Assembly: GCA_964016885.1 (NCBI GenBank)
Contig: OZ024740.1
Location: 300,824,001-300,888,000 of the forward strand
Origin: Eledone cirrhosa
Taxonomy: Eukaryota
DNA length: 64,000 nt
Direction: 5' to 3'
The notes below the pieces were generated by a model. That model did not search any database and was not told the DNA's origin. It saw only the letters and a program-made list of their open reading frames with translations. Position numbers and translations under genes: made by a program. Below are positions 45,060 to 60,208 of the stretch, one piece after another. How positions within the stretch are numbered: position 1 is the first letter of the stretch; every line of letters begins with the position of its first letter.

Positions 45060-47587
45060 ACTCATACAACAAACTAACCAGTTTATCAGGATGGAAGGCC
45101 TGTCATTTTGACAACAAACCTATAGAAATGAAAAAAAGTACCGCTATGGATTCAACACATACAAAAATGCTCCTCATAATATTCAACTTGAAAATTTTGA
45201 GAGCGCCCTGCTAAAAATGATTAAAAACATAAAATTCAGGAAACACAAATCTGAATTCCAAAAAGAATTGGACTCCACCCTTCTGCAACTGAAAAATTCA
45301 AACAAGGTCCATGTCCATTCTGACAAAACTGGTAATTTGTACCATATGGACATCGAAAAATATAACCAGTTCATTTATAAAGAACTCAGAAAAGACTACA
45401 AAAATCCAGCACCACTGCACTGGCATCCTTCAACAACACATCATATGATATAGTAAAAAAAAACTCCATGTTGAAGATAGGACGGAGCCATTCACACTTA
45501 AAAGCCCGCACTTTAACCTGAAGGACCACAAATCACACTTTAATTTTAACCCATCTATAAGACTGATATGCCCATCAAAATCTGATATCGGTACTATCAG
45601 CAAGAAGAAAATTATTGATCGAATCATCCCGCAGATTAGAACATTTGTAACACTTCCATTATGGGATAACACTTCCCAAGTTATTGAATGGTACACTAAC
45701 ATCGAGAATAAAAACTCAGCTTTATTCATACAATTTGACATCGATTCTTACTGTTCTTTGATTTCCCCAATTCTCTTAAACAAAGCACTGATTTTCGCCA
45801 GAAATAGATCGGATTTATCTACTGAAGATCAACATCATAACACACGCTAGAAAGACCTTACTAAACTTCCAAGAAGAACACTGGACAAGAAATACATATA
45901 ACGATGGGCTCCTAGGACTCTGCGCAAGTTACAGACCTCGTTGGACTATTTCTCCTCTATAATAATCATTCCTCTTTTCCCCACCCCTAAGATGGTCTCT
46001 ATCAGGATAATTGTTTATTAATATCTAACAATCTTAGCAATTCTAACATAGAGAAAAACAAACAAAAAACAAATTAGAAGATTCCTCATGGGCTATTAGA
46101 ACCTTAATATCAGCTTTGAAAACACCTCAAAAGTTATCTTAGACCTTTCCACGAATATGTATCAACCTTACCACAAACCCAACCAGAATATACACTATGT
46201 GCATTCACGCTCTAACCACCCTGGCTCTATACTCAAAAACTTAGTATATAACATATCTCTTAGACTTTCTAAATTATCCTCCAATGACGATATATTTTAT
46301 AAAATGCACCTTTCTACAACGAGGCCTTAACTAGAAGTAAATATGAAGAAAACATTTCTTATATGCACAGCACTACTATGGACCACACTACAAAACCTAG
46401 AAAAAAACTACAAACACCAAAAAGTACCATCGAAACAAATGCCTAATGTAATCATTCATATCACACCAAACAACCGAAAAGCCACAACAACTATTACTAC
46501 ACAATCTATGACGAATGTTAACAACTCACATACGACTACCAAAGATTCAACCTCCTATAATCTACCCAATAATAACACCAAATACAATCACTGCAATTTA
46601 TCAAAATCCACTAATACAAAAACTGACCATAGGAACTCTTCTAGAACACAGCATATTATTATAAGTGAGAAGAAGAAATTAACTAAAAACCGGAAAAGAA
46701 ACATAACATGGTACAACTCACCCTTCAACCTGCAAACTATTGGACAAATCCCCAAAACATTCTTCGAAATTCTACATAAACATTTTCCACCAAATCACAG
46801 ATACCACCAAATATTTAACAGGCATACTGTTAAATTCTCACACTCTACAGCAAACAATCTCCAACATTTATACATTTAAAAATTAAAATAATTTGACCAC
46901 ACCACCACAACATAATTTAAATAAGACTACATCTCTTAAAAGGATAAACAATACAATTCTTCAACCTGGAATTCTTCAAAGTGGATGTCTGCACCCAAAT
47001 CATCAACACAAAAGCAGAATAACACAAAATCACATACAAACCCAACACCAAATCACCCACAAAGCAGCACTCATTATGTCTCTAACATTAATTGCAATAA
47101 AAATAGCACAAAGATTAATGAGAATTATGTAGGTACCTCCAACACCCATCTTACGTATGGTTGTAATTGCAGAAATAGAGGCGCTTGCCCCTTAAGTAGC
47201 AACTGTTTGATTAATAATGTAATATATAAATGCACTGTGTCTACTAATAACTCCAACAAATCGTATATAGGATCTACATCGAACACGTTTAAGAAAATAT
47301 ATTACGCACACCCCAGTAGCTTTAACAATAGTAAGCTAGCTAACACCACATCCTTAGCTGAAGCTGTAACTGAATATAAAAAGAAAGGAATAGATTTCAA
47401 ACAATCGTGGAATACCATTCTACAAAAAACTCCATATCTTGGGAACAGGAGAGAATGCAGATTATGTTCCGGTAAGATCTTGGAAATTACTAAATCTAAA
47501 GACGATTTATTGAATAAAAGACAAGAACAGATTATAGTTTGTAATCACCGTATACGAAAAACATTTAAATACTATAAACCTAACTAA
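45060..47587 (+). pseudogene. Naiad-type RT / GIY-YIG, frameshifted
   Basis: HSDKTGNLY, LKDHK, RLICPSKSDIG, QFDIDSY, DSAQVTDLVGL, ITWYNSPF, KFSHS, CNCRNRGACPL, VIYKCTV..YIGST, CRLC and LLNKRQE. Confidence 0.9.
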
Positions 47588-48645
47588 ACGGTCTAGATAA
47601 CAGCTCATTATAGTTCTATGTGACGAACCTTTTTATTAATATCCCTTTCTCCTATAATCTTTTAACCTTTTAATTTTTTAGCTTCCATATATTCATGTGT
47701 TACTGACTATTTTATTACATTATATTATATTTGCCTTTCATCCTTACGGGGTCGATAAAATAAAGTACCTGTAATACACTGGGTAATTACTGGCCTTGTG
47801 CAAAAGGTAGAAACAATTATATTATATTAATGAATTGGCATTATTGGTAGAGTATCAGACACGCTTTCCAGCGTAGTTACGTCCCTTTACGATCTGAGTT
47901 CAAATCCCACTGCGGTTATATTAATATATCATTGTATTTAATTATCTTATTATAATTTTAATATTTTAATATTAATTATGCCATTAACTTACCTATCTAT
48001 ATTTATTCTAGTTATTTCCGTATATCTCATATCTCTTTATTTATATTCACCTAAAAAATTCCATTCAACGCCACTCAACATACAACCTTTTTTAAATTTC
48101 ACTACACCAACTGCAATCCACTATTAATACAATACTCTTTCTCTATAAGGAATTCTATTTTTAACACCTTTCAACCATTCCTTTAAAAAGTTCGTGACCT
48201 TATCTAGAGTGGGTTTTATTTCGTCTTAGCATTATTTGGCAAGGTACCATTTCATTGGTTTATTCTTCGGCAGCCTCCAAATAATGTCACTAAACCCAAT
48301 TAACTACTTTCTCATTGCTTTTGACAACAGCTGATGATATACAAATAGGTAAATATTCTCCTTGTCTGATATTTTATAACTAACCTTACATAGATCGATA
48401 ACGAAATATGCGTACGATGTATTATTAACACCTAGAAACGATTGTAAAACATTGAAGTATTTTCCTAATGTCTTGAATTTTTATTTCATTGTTTTATCTT
48501 ATATCATGACTCCGATTTCCTGTTGATGATTGTTTTGTTTACCGGGATTTATTTTAATCTACAACATTATCAACATATGGATTACATTGAGTTTTCATGC
48601 AGACTAGACCCCATAACTAACTGTAGATAATTCTTTGTATATATG

Positions 48646-49870
48646 TTTAGCTCTAGACCTAGCTATTGACCAGTTAATTTTATTGTTCATTTTTTGTCGA
48701 TTCTATTAAATGATGAATAGCTCCTGTTTATTTTAACATGTCTATTGAGCACTCTTATTCGATATGTGTATTTCCACATTTTCCCGAATATTTTTTGCGG
48801 ATATAGAGGTTATCTCCCTTGCTGAATTCCATGTGCGTTTTTTCAGCCTGGGTTATGCCTTTTCATTCGTTCGGACAAAAGCTCGTTGAGGAAGTAAATT
48901 CCGGTCCGCTGGCTCCTAGAAGTCTTATATATTTTTATGTGAGCTGATAGAGGGCAGTTTAATGATTTACAGAAACCCAAGAAGCTAGATTTACCATCTT
49001 TCTAGCGGGTCCGGGTATGCTTTTTACATTCATTTGATTTATTGATTTATTGATATTTTATCTGATTGTCCCGAATCTTCCAGATCGCAATTTTTCGGTC
49101 GTATGGTTGATTATAGACTTGTTCTATGTGTGACGGTATTTTAATGATAGTTATAGCTCTGATTTATCTGAATTATTGAGCCCTCTGCCGCTCATTTCGA
49201 ATTTTGTTTATCGTGAACTCGTGCGCCGATTTTTCGATACTCGATTATTCTACTATATTTAGCTCTAGACCTAGCTATTGACCAGTTCATTGTATTGTTC
49301 ATTTTTTGTCGATTCTATTAAATGATGAATAGCTCCTGTTTATTTTAACATGTCTATTGAGCACTCTTATTCGATATGTGTATTTCCACATTTTCCCGAA
49401 TATCTTTTGCGGATATAGAGGTTATCTCCCTTGCTGAATTCCATTTGCGTTTTTTCAGCCTGGGTTATGCCTTTTCATTCGTTCGGACAAAAGCACGTTG
49501 AGGAAGTAAATTCCGGTCCGCTGGCTCCTAGAAGTCTTATATATTTTTATGTGAGCTGATAGAGGGCAGTTTAAGGATTTACAGAAACCCAAGAAGCTAG
49601 ATTTACCATCTTTCTAGCGGGTCCGGGTATGCTTTTTACATTCATTTGATTTATTGATTTATTGATATTTTATCTGAGTGTCCCGAATCTTCCAGATCGC
49701 AATTTTTCGGTCGTATGGTTGATTATAGACTTGTTCTCTGTGTGACGGTATTTTAACGATAGTTATAGCTCTGATTTATCTGAATTATTGAGCCCTCTGC
49801 CGCTCATTTCGAATTTTGTTTATCGTGAACTCGTGCGCCGATTTTTCGATACTCGATTATTCTACTATAT
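48646..49870. repeat. 612-bp tandem duplication of a structured non-coding unit ending in (TA)n
   Basis: AGCTCTAGACCTAGCT at 48649 and 49261. The two copies are nearly identical and contain several inverted repeats. Confidence 0.9.
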
Positions 49871-52800
49871 ATATATATATATATATAACTTTGTTAACTT
49901 TGGTAGGATTCGGCCAGTATTGGCCCAGGCCATGTAACTTAATAGCACAACCTGGCGAGGTCTTTCAAATCATGTTTTGGATACCATGCTAACTCAAATA
50001 GAGAGTAATTGTTTAGAGAGAAATATCCGGGTGTAGAAGGTTTTTCCTGGATTTTTAAAAATATTTGTCCAATGACGTTTTCAATTTTATAGGATCTGCT
50101 TCTGTTCTAATGTGTTTTGGTGTAATGTTAAATCGAACGGGACCAGTTTAGGTGAAATACTTGTGCCGTAATGTTGTTATTAGATTTGAGTTTGATTTTT
50201 GTCGTTGGCGGATAGGACGGGACCCAAGGCTTAGGTGTACTTTAAAGATGATGCTAACATCATTTGGGCAATGTTGATGGAATATTTTCCACAACATGTA
50301 AATAAACTAGCGCTCTTGGCGGAGTTGCAGGGAATATAGTTTGAGCTTTTCTAGTCGACTCCAATAGTTAAAATCTATCATACTGTTTATCCTTTTAGTT
50401 ATTGACCTCTGAGTGCTTTACATTTCATAATGCTTTTTTCGTGTGGGGAGACCACAGAGAACAGTATTCAATGTGGCGTCGGGCAAATTTAGAGAAGAGA
50501 AGGTTAATGGTGTGGATATATATATATATATATACACTCACACACACATATATATAATACATATGCGTCAGTGAATTGGAGAATTGACTCATATGTACTC
50601 ATATCTGCATTTTTTTTACTTGTATTTATACGATGATGCTTGAAATGCTGGCTTTGTCGCAGGACAAGTAATTACCTGCTTAAAAGTCTATTATTAAAAG
50701 ACTTTGTCAAATAGAATCGGAAGAAGGGGCTAATCCTGAATAGAGCTCCTGTAAGATCTAAATACACTCACTCTCAGGCTTTAACTTTACACAATTTCTC
50801 TTCATTTTAGAGCTGTAGTCTTCCTATATTACAAGAACTCCTCTTAGTATGTCCTCTTTTCGACTTTAAGAGGAGATTTCTGAGGCTGGAACATAATACA
50901 GGCAAGAAAAGATGTTTGGTATGTGTGTAAACAATGACAATGTATACGCACACACACATATATACAATATTACAGGCACATAGTCCCTCCTTCTGTCATA
51001 GTTAGTGAGATATTATATGATAACTAATCTTTACGCAATATTTCACACATATCCTAGTTGAATGAAACATTTATAAAACTCTCATTTTATAAAATGAGAG
51101 GTTTTATATTTTCTAATATATTTCTATTTCCAATGATCTCTTGGAATGTCATTCTCTGCAACAAGCTAGCAGAGTTTATGTTTTACAATTTCTGTCATTG
51201 AAGTGATCCCGAATAGCATATTAACAAGCTCTGTGTCTCTGTTTGTTGTGATTAAGAAATAGCTACTATTACATTCTCCTGTGCAATGTCCGGATCTATA
51301 TTTTATCATTCCTGACATGCTTGAAAATCTTTTTTATGTATCTCATGTATAAACATGTGAGCTAAGAAAATTCTTGTTTCTCTTTCTAGGCAGACACGGA
51401 AACATATCAGCATTATATATATATTATATCTTAACATTATTCTTCTTTAACACTCACCGTACATAACTATTGTACATATACTTGTACTCTATCTTGAAAA
51501 CTCTTTACAACACATAATCATTCATCCGTCTGAAGATTCAACAATTTTAAATGGAATATTTTATGATTACCTCATCTCATATATTGAGAAACCCAAAAAT
51601 AAACATATGATATTTAATACAAAAATGATAACTCTTCTTCTTTCGATACACACCAGCGGTTGATTCTCAGGAAATGCGTTGCAAAACTTATTCCTGAGTA
51701 CAGGATTTATTTTCAAAAGGAAAAGATATGCTGACTATTGTTCGATTACTTTTAAAATATTTACTATTAAAGTATTTCCCACGGACCTGGAACGATATGT
51801 CTGCTAAAGACATTAACAAATTGAATTCCAAATGCGTGTTCCCTATTGAGCTAGTTCATTATTTATATGAGGATTCACCGCAAATCCTTATCTTGATATT
51901 TTTGAGACAATATCCTCTGTCCATTCAATCTTCAAATTTGGACGCCCTTGCATCCTATTCATATCCGCTGCTTTTTCTCCTCTCCCTATCTCCACAGTAA
52001 TTCACAATCCCCCCCCCCCCCCCTTACTGTTCAACTCCACTCTTAATCGGATTTGGTACACCAGTTACTTATAGATTTCTACATTCAGAAATCGAAAACT
52101 CTACATACAATCATGTATATTATTCTAAGGAGTCTAGGAAGGATAATAAACACCATTAGTGTTGTATTTGAAGCATATAACTAACGAAGCCAATTTGGAT
52201 TTCCATAGGGCTTAATATCAAATATTATATAGTTTCATACTATTTTGACCAGCAGGAACGAATTATGCCCATTGCCCATTGAGAGTGAACAAGAGTGGTG
52301 ATATTCATATCTTATATATTTCGCTTAATATCGGGCAATATTACAGGAATACGCAGATGAGTATGGGCTCATTTTAGTGTACATTTCGGAGTCTGGAGTG
52401 AGACCAAATGGATTACGGCCAGTAAAAAGTGATGGGATTCATATTGAAAGAGACCAGCAAATTCAAGGATGTAGTTCCAAATTTAGGAGTGGTTGAAACG
52501 AAATGTCTGTTGAGAGAATGTCTGTGGGCCAACGTATAGTGTATTTCCGAGAATTAAATCTTGCAAAACCATCGAGTGGAGTTTCTTGGAAAGTGGTCTA
52601 CGACTGGAGTTATCTGTGTCAACATAGATTTGATATAAGTTTTGGTATGACCTCATTAGATGATATTTTCTAGGTTTATATTTATATTTTGCATGAAATA
52701 TTTGGACTGCATCCGATTCAAATTCGGATGCAAACTGTTAGGGAGAAATGTATGGCGATCTCATGCGCTAAGCCGTCGGCTTCGATTAGCGGTTACAGCA

Positions 52801-55800
52801 GCTAAGACATGGATGCTCTAAATATTAAGCTACATGAAAGAACAAACACAATCTTGTATTTTGTACGAATGTACATAACGATAGACGTTGAAACATAAAA
52901 GGGTACATTAACGTAGACAGTGAAACATAAACGAGTTACGTCATTCTGTAATGTGTTATAAACAAGCTGAATTCTGATATATATTTAAAGAATTCGTTTA
53001 TTAATATTTTATTACATTTTAGATGTAGTGAAACATGATTTATACTAAATTTTATCAAATTTCTACATATACATTATGTCATGACTTCTTTATTTCTTAT
53101 GTATTGCTAAGAAAATTATATGAAGCTGATTAATCAAATCAGTTGAACGTAGATTCCTATTCACTGAATTGAGATACAGGTATTTGTCTAATATATAGAA
53201 CTCCTCCACACAGCTAGAGAATGTGAATTAATTTCAAGGCAAACTAATTCGAGGAAGGTTTAAGTTATAGAAATAGAAAAGTAAAATGCTTGACTTCGGT
53301 ACCCTAAAGATGCAATGCTTTACGTATCGCACGTAAAATGTTGCAGAAAGTTTAGATAGTCTCGTATAGTTTTCAACAAGAATAACATAACATTTGGTAG
53401 TTTTTATGCATGTCTATTAATAATAAGCTAATTAATTTCTGGTTTAAATGGTAATTTCTGGTTTAAATGGTGATGAAATACCATAACTCTTTATATGTTA
53501 TGTGGAAATTCTGGTTTCAATTTAATAAAATAAATAACATTGCTTTTGAAATTTGATATCATCACTCGTTTGTTGGGCATTCTTCGAAACCCAGGAGATA
53601 AAATGTAATATTTTATATTAAAATATAAGATTTGCGCCACACACACATATGATAAAGAAGAAAACAAAATAGAAAAATAAATGTGAAAAACAAGGTTTAT
53701 AATATATATTGTAGATAATGACAGATAACTCGAGAAAAAGGATATGAATAATATCTTTTAGATGCATTATCATAAATAGTTTCGAAGGAATCATAATCAA
53801 TTATTAGCACGTCGTGTTGCTTTACTGATAAACGGGAGAAGAACTTTCCTTTATAACGGTCCATCATTTGACTGTCTTGTTCTCTTTCTAAAGCTGAATT
53901 AATGTTTATTTTATTGATTAATTTCCATAGTTTTCTTTTAATACGAGCGTATGTTTAACTTATCATATTATTGGGGTTTCAGACAAGTCAGCATTTTAAG
54001 TGTATGTGTCAATATCTACACACCCTCAGACGTTCAAATCTGTGTCTTTAAATGTTCCCTAAACTATTGACAGGGAGGAAATGTATCATTCATTATTTTA
54101 AAGCTCTTTAAGGCAGAATCGTAATAATACGTCCCGGAGTTATATATTTTGTCAATAATTAAATAAGTTAACTTGACGAACAAAACAATAATGCCCAGAG
54201 GTGAAATTCATGTATTCTCCTCTAGCTGTTTCCAAAGCAGCTCCAGTGCAATATCAAACGAAGCCTCCTCGTTCTCAGTGTCACTAGTACGAGGAACTGG
54301 AAGCGACTCTGGTGTAGGAAACAGTAATAAAAGAAAGATTGGTAACAGATATTATTGCAGCCAATAGGAAATCAAAAAGTCAATAGTTTATTTATTATAC
54401 TAAATACCTCGGAATATCTAAATGTTATAAGAATTAAGGGACATCAGCGTATCTTATCTAAATATTCAGATAAAATAGGAATATTCAAATGTTACCATAG
54501 AGAATGAAAGAAGCAACGAGTATTAGGTGTCTTAGGCGTCATAGTAAATTTAGCCCTCAGTTTCCATATAGTGTGGTCCTTTGCGATTCAGCAAATATCC
54601 AGCAGATAAGGAGGAATTTCGTAAAACAATGTCTAGAAGATCATTAGACCAGAAGCAGGTCAGTGCTGTATGGTTCACCAGTGATACTTTGTGGTGTTTT
54701 CCGACAACTGTGTGAGAGTCTTATCTTTATTTATATTTGTACGTTTGTGTAAATATATTTAACGTCTCTCAATATCATTTGCATGACTACATCTCTTCTA
54801 TGATAATTATATCTCATGTGTGAATCTAAAGGGTGATGTTATAAATGTATGTCCTGTGGATGCGACATTTAGAGCGATTTCTACCTGTTTAAAGGCAATT
54901 AGACCATAAGTAGTCTCTTTAATATAGTTGCGCTCCGGTTTCATGACTGGGCAAAGCGGTTCCTGAATAGTTTGAGACGCCCACAATATTTTTCCAGTCG
55001 GGAAACGCACCAGCCAGAGACTCAAGATTCCAATTTTATAGATATACAGTGTTGCAGAAAAACAACGCATTTCTGCCTGGCGCACGATGAAAATCTACTT
55101 GCTTAAACCATATTCAGCCCAGGAACTAAAGATGACCTCCGGAGAGTTCTGCCTGAAATACTATTCGGGGGACGTTTGGGTTTGAGACATAATCTGCAGG
55201 TACATCATTGGTGTCAGAAGGAATTCAAGAGATAAGGGAAGTAAAGGTTTTGCACATATTCATGAACGGTCCTACTATTACAGAGTAGTGGAAGTTTGAT
55301 TTAAAGATGCTGTTTTGTGTAGAATAGATCCGGAAATTATGGATATCTCTCTGTGGGCTTTGTCACTGGAACGTGACTAAAATGAACTAATACAAACTCA
55401 GTCCACTTTCTCCATGCTTCCGTGTATTCTTGTAAGTTCAGATGGAGGGGAGGTAGAGATAACAAAAAAAGATTCTGTTTGTTCGAAAATGAGTTGAATA
55501 TAGAATATGTGTAACATACAATGCCGTAGTGAATGTTATACCTTCAATATGCGCCTGTAGACCGCATAATGATGGCTGGAAGACGAAATCTGTTCTTTAT
55601 GATGAGAATAATCCTGGATATGGCAGTTATTTGTCTCATAAGGGCCATCATTAAAGGATATAGCCATCTTTTTTTCCTTATTTTATCGATTATTTGTTAT
55701 TCTTGTCACGTTTCGACTCAAAGAAATTCTCTCACGTTTTTGTTGCAATTTTGTGTACCATTTCTAAAATCTTGGACACTTCTGACCAATAAATAAATTA

Positions 55801-57480
55801 TTACTATAAATATTTTATTTATTATAACATTTTTTGCTTATACTTCTAATCTATTTATCGTTCCTCTGTGTATTCTTCCAATTCTTTCTTTCGTGCTTTC
55901 GCAAAATGGAGTAGAAAATTGGCAGATGTTATGTCTACTTTACTAAAATTCGGATACTAACGCTATTATAAATTTTCGTTTTAGTCGCTCTTGGAAAAAT
56001 GCCTCTAGATATCGCTGCACTGTCATCAGAAAATATATCCAGGCAATGCTAACAATCTTTGCCTTCAAAATGTTACTTTGTTTGGATATAATTGTTTATT
56101 TCTTTATTTACTTTCCTGGTGCTACTGCTACTATTGCTACTACCACTACTACAGTTAGTGATGGGTTTCTTCTGCTTCCTCTTCTTCTTCTTCTTCTTCT
56201 TCTTCTATTTTGGTTCTAGTTTATTGCATTTCGAGTTTGGATGAACATTTGTAATGATATTATTTTAAGAAAATCATTTGTTTTTTTTTGTCAAGTACCA
56301 TGAAAGGAACATGTTACTTTCTAACAAAATGATACTATTCTATAGGAGGGATACGTCACACTGTCAAGCGTGAAGAAAATACAGAACCATTCTAACCACA
56401 ATCCAAGAAACCCTTCCGGTGATCTTTTTACATTCTATAGACATATATTCACAGCCTTTCTATTCACTCAAACTGTGTTCGTCACTCTCATCCACCATTC
56501 AAAAAACTGGCTGGACGACAGAACTTACCTCTCTAGGCTGATTCTCTCCTCAATGGGGAACTGTAAACATTTACTCAGAGTCTAGCCACAGAGGAAAGAT
56601 TTTGCCTTCAACACGTTCTGTCGCTTCCATCATAAAGGTCTTTCACCCCGGACACCAAACAGATATGATCAGCCTGTCGTTCCAGGGCTAGTGGAAGGTC
56701 CCTGGGCCATTTTCAGGACAGACTCAGCTGATAGCGCGATCCATTCTATGCATGATTGCGTCTGTTGGACAGAAAATCACAAGTCACTACAGCTCAGACA
56801 CTGGACAATTGCCTTTCGTCCGTGTTATCACACGCATATCATACTAACACAAGGAGTTATTTTTCTTTTGCACGATCCGGTATTTTAATATGTGACTCTC
56901 AAATAAATTTTGCGTAGTTATTTTGATGGTTTGAGACTTAATGAGGGCGAAGATGTGTGTGTGTAAACTTGTCTTGTACATCAGCTTTCTTTATTTCCGT
57001 CTTCCAGTCACTTCTATCTGCCATCATACCTCACATTGTCTTCGTCCTCTTTTAACCTTTTCTATATATAATCTGCCTGTCACCCACATTTTAGATTGTC
57101 TCTCTGTTGACTGCTGACCAATGGTCTCTGATCTCTTAGATAGCATTGCCAATCGATGTCTTTGACAGTATTTAGCTGTTTTAACGGCTGTTCTAGCGCT
57201 GATTTTTCTCATTTTATAGGTATTCAAATAAACAACCTCTTCGTCTCGATCAGAGACAACACTGTTATTTTTCATTCACACACACCAACACACACACACA
57301 TATATATATATAGTAATAATGATAATAATAATAATAATTGTGTAAACTAAAATCCTATAAAGATTATATATAGATAAATATATATAAAAAAAAGGAAGAG
57401 CAAATATTTATTAACATCACAGATTAAAGTTTAAGCAAATAATCGCTGCTTTCACCTTATATTTTAATCTGTTATTTAAT

Positions 57481-57534
<54 letters not shown>

Positions 57535-58344
57535 TAACAGATTAAAATATATGTATATAAATATACATATATATATGGAATCTCCAACGTAAACTATGCA
57601 CTACGAATGCAGGGAGCTTTTTTCTGCTGCTTACTCCTGTAGTTATCTAAACAACCTTTACTGAACATATATATATATAAAGAAAGTGACAGAGAAAGGG
57701 TGAGAGAGTGAGAGAGAAACAGTAATAATAATATGTAAGGTAAGAAAATATATATCGATATTTTTGTGAGAATCGATATGTAATTATAGTTTAAACGTAT
57801 ACGTTTTATATATGTTTATCATTCTGCAGGCATTTTGATTAAATTTTGGATAACTGTAATCATCCAAAATATTGTATATAAAAATATACTGCGAGGCAGA
57901 TGATTTTGTATGCTATTGATGATACTATTCATGTTATTTTTAAAGATGTTTAATTCTAATTCAGTTCCGATTATGCAGATCTATTAGGTAAGGCATTCCG
58001 TCCTTGATAATCGTGTCATTTGTATATCTAGAAATACATCCCTCAAAAATATCTCTTTATAGGAAGGACGGAGAAGTAAATTTACGAGACATAGCGATGT
58101 TATTTTTACCAAGTGAAACAAGGATGCTCCTTCATTGGTTCGAATATACATCTATTAATGGGCGTTAATGAAAGGAGTAGAATTATGCGGGAAATAATTC
58201 ACACGGCTTATGTTACCTTTTGCCAGTAGAACGTTCGCCCTGCGTTGAACCACATCATCAAGGAATATATATATATATATATACCCAAGGGCGGTGCCCC
58301 AGCATGGCCTCAGCCGGATGGCTGAAACAGGTAAAAGTAAAAGA

Positions 58345-58385
<41 letters not shown>

Positions 58386-58569
58386 AAAAGCGTCAGGTCA
58401 AGACTGCTGAGCTCCGGCCCCGTTTTGACAGTTAGACCCGAACGCCGTCGAGGTCCTGAGTCTTTTCCTATTATCCACTAAGTACCCTAAGTATTGAGTA
58501 CTCTGGTGCGTTATGGTCCACCTGGTATCTTACCACACCCTCTTTGTTATATAAATATATATATATTTA

Positions 58570-59103
58570 TTTAGGTTTCTTGGTTTACCACTGGATAGAA
58601 CTGGACATTTCGTATGGTCAACCTCGATGTAATATTATAGAAAGCACTCAACGTAATGCAACTCACCCGTGTTACTTTGTGTTGTTGGTGGTACGAATAC
58701 GGAGTTAATTATTATAAAACAATAGGAGGCTGGACTGGTGTAATTCCTTAAAAGGTTTATTATACTATGATCATTTCAATGACTGGGTTCAGTATGAATC
58801 CGGTGACATCATCAGGTATTCGAAATATCACCTTGATCTCCTTGACCAACCAGTCTGTCGGACACAATTCGGCGCCGCTGGTCACAGCACGTGCTGTTAA
58901 AACCATACGATGACGCCATCACACTGAACATTCGAAATATAACAAAGTAATATAATAGACAAAATTCCCGTGGCTGAAAATCAGAGACATGAGCGCGACC
59001 GAACATTTAGTACCTTCCACCCCTGTTATCCACCCCCAAGTGGGGTCATTGAACAATAAACCTTTTAAGGAAGTACACCAGTCCAGCCTCCTGTTATTTT
59101 ATA

Positions 59104-59105
<2 letters not shown>
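58570..59105 (-). mobile_element. Third copy of the 22-24 kb HHR terminal-repeat family, with an inverted tail
   Basis: 58700-58828 matches the terminal repeat on minus, including the HHR at 58762-58819. 59055-59105 is an inverted tail. Begins TTTATTTAGGTTT like the 22091 element. TA flanks. Confidence 0.75.
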
Positions 59106-59147
<42 letters not shown>

Positions 59148-60208
59148 GTAATCAGGAACGCTATTTTTCCAAATAGTCTATTCACCTTCGATGATTACCC
59201 TATACATATATAGAACAAACGTAAGTAGTCATCAAATGCCATGTGTATAAACAATGTACACGACAAAAAAAGCCAGCAATAACCAAAACATCTAGGGGAC
59301 AAGACCATCGGATTCTGAATTCGTAAAAATTCCATTCGGAAAAACAAAGCGTTCATGGACTAAATATCTATATTATAGGCAAGATATCCCACAATATAAA
59401 CCCTACCTCAGTCATCATCCATATATCCCAACCTTTAACCCTCTTTAGAATGAGTACGGTGGGCACGCATTGCTTCAAGCTGGAGTCGTCCAATTACGCA
59501 TTTTCTGTATAAGAATAGACATTAAATATCCGTTAGTATCCGCAGCGGCTACGATCCCATTACATAATAGGGTTTGCTCCACTGAAGAGTATCAGATGAC
59601 ACGCATCGGGGTACCCTGCGCAAAGAGAGACAACAATAAATAAATAAATAAAATAGAATGAGAATACATTACAGTAATACAACGGGAGGAAACATAATAG
59701 TATCACTTATGATGTCACAAATGTATGACCAAAGAACACTGAGAGACTATATTTATATCTATATATTTTAATTCTTTGTCAATCAATGATAAATATTGAT
59801 TGCCAACTGAATTAATTATATAAATATAAAATTTACTGAAGCGAAAACCAATCAAAGCCAAACAGTGAATGTGTTTTATTATATATTTATGTCAATATTA
59901 TAACAACATGACCCTCCCCAAATATAATAATATAAATACTAGAATGTTAAACATAATAAACATTTAATAAAACACTAATCTATTGGAGACAAAATACGAG
60001 TGAAGCGGCCAAAGACAAATATTACAAGAAGCCTAGTTCCTATTCCACATCCTATGAACCACAACAAGAATAAAGAAAATACCCAATTTATTAAGAAAGA
60101 AGTGACGTGAGCGAAATAAGTCCATCATGAATATTATATATATAAAAAATATGATATTCGGAATAATATACTCAATAGGCAACGCAACAGTCATAAATCT
60201 CAGTGCCA

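Larger units (their letters stand above)
43637..48501 (+). mobile_element. Second Naiad-type PLE with a 1.4-kb inverted 3' arm at its 5' end
   Basis: 43637-45060 is the reverse complement of about 47105-48501. RT/EN remnants lie on plus at 45060-47587. Confidence 0.9.

Noticed and set aside
48325-48450. HHR in the 3'UTR of the second Naiad (CTGATGA ... GAAACGATTGTA)
   Set aside because: The boxes are about 100 nt apart without convincing stems I and II.
54226-54341. Possible host exon (AG acceptor, GT donor, open Ser-rich frame)
   Set aside because: No recognisable protein similarity and no partner exons. It would need RNA-seq support.
49890-56900. Possible old LINE or DNA-transposon remnants at about 49.9-50.5, 52.1-52.8, 54.4-55.5 and 56.4-56.9 kb, and unclassified repeats at 13.8-14.3 and 17.8-19.2 kb
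   Set aside because: No diagnostic motif could be read reliably by eye. They need RepeatMasker or BLASTX.
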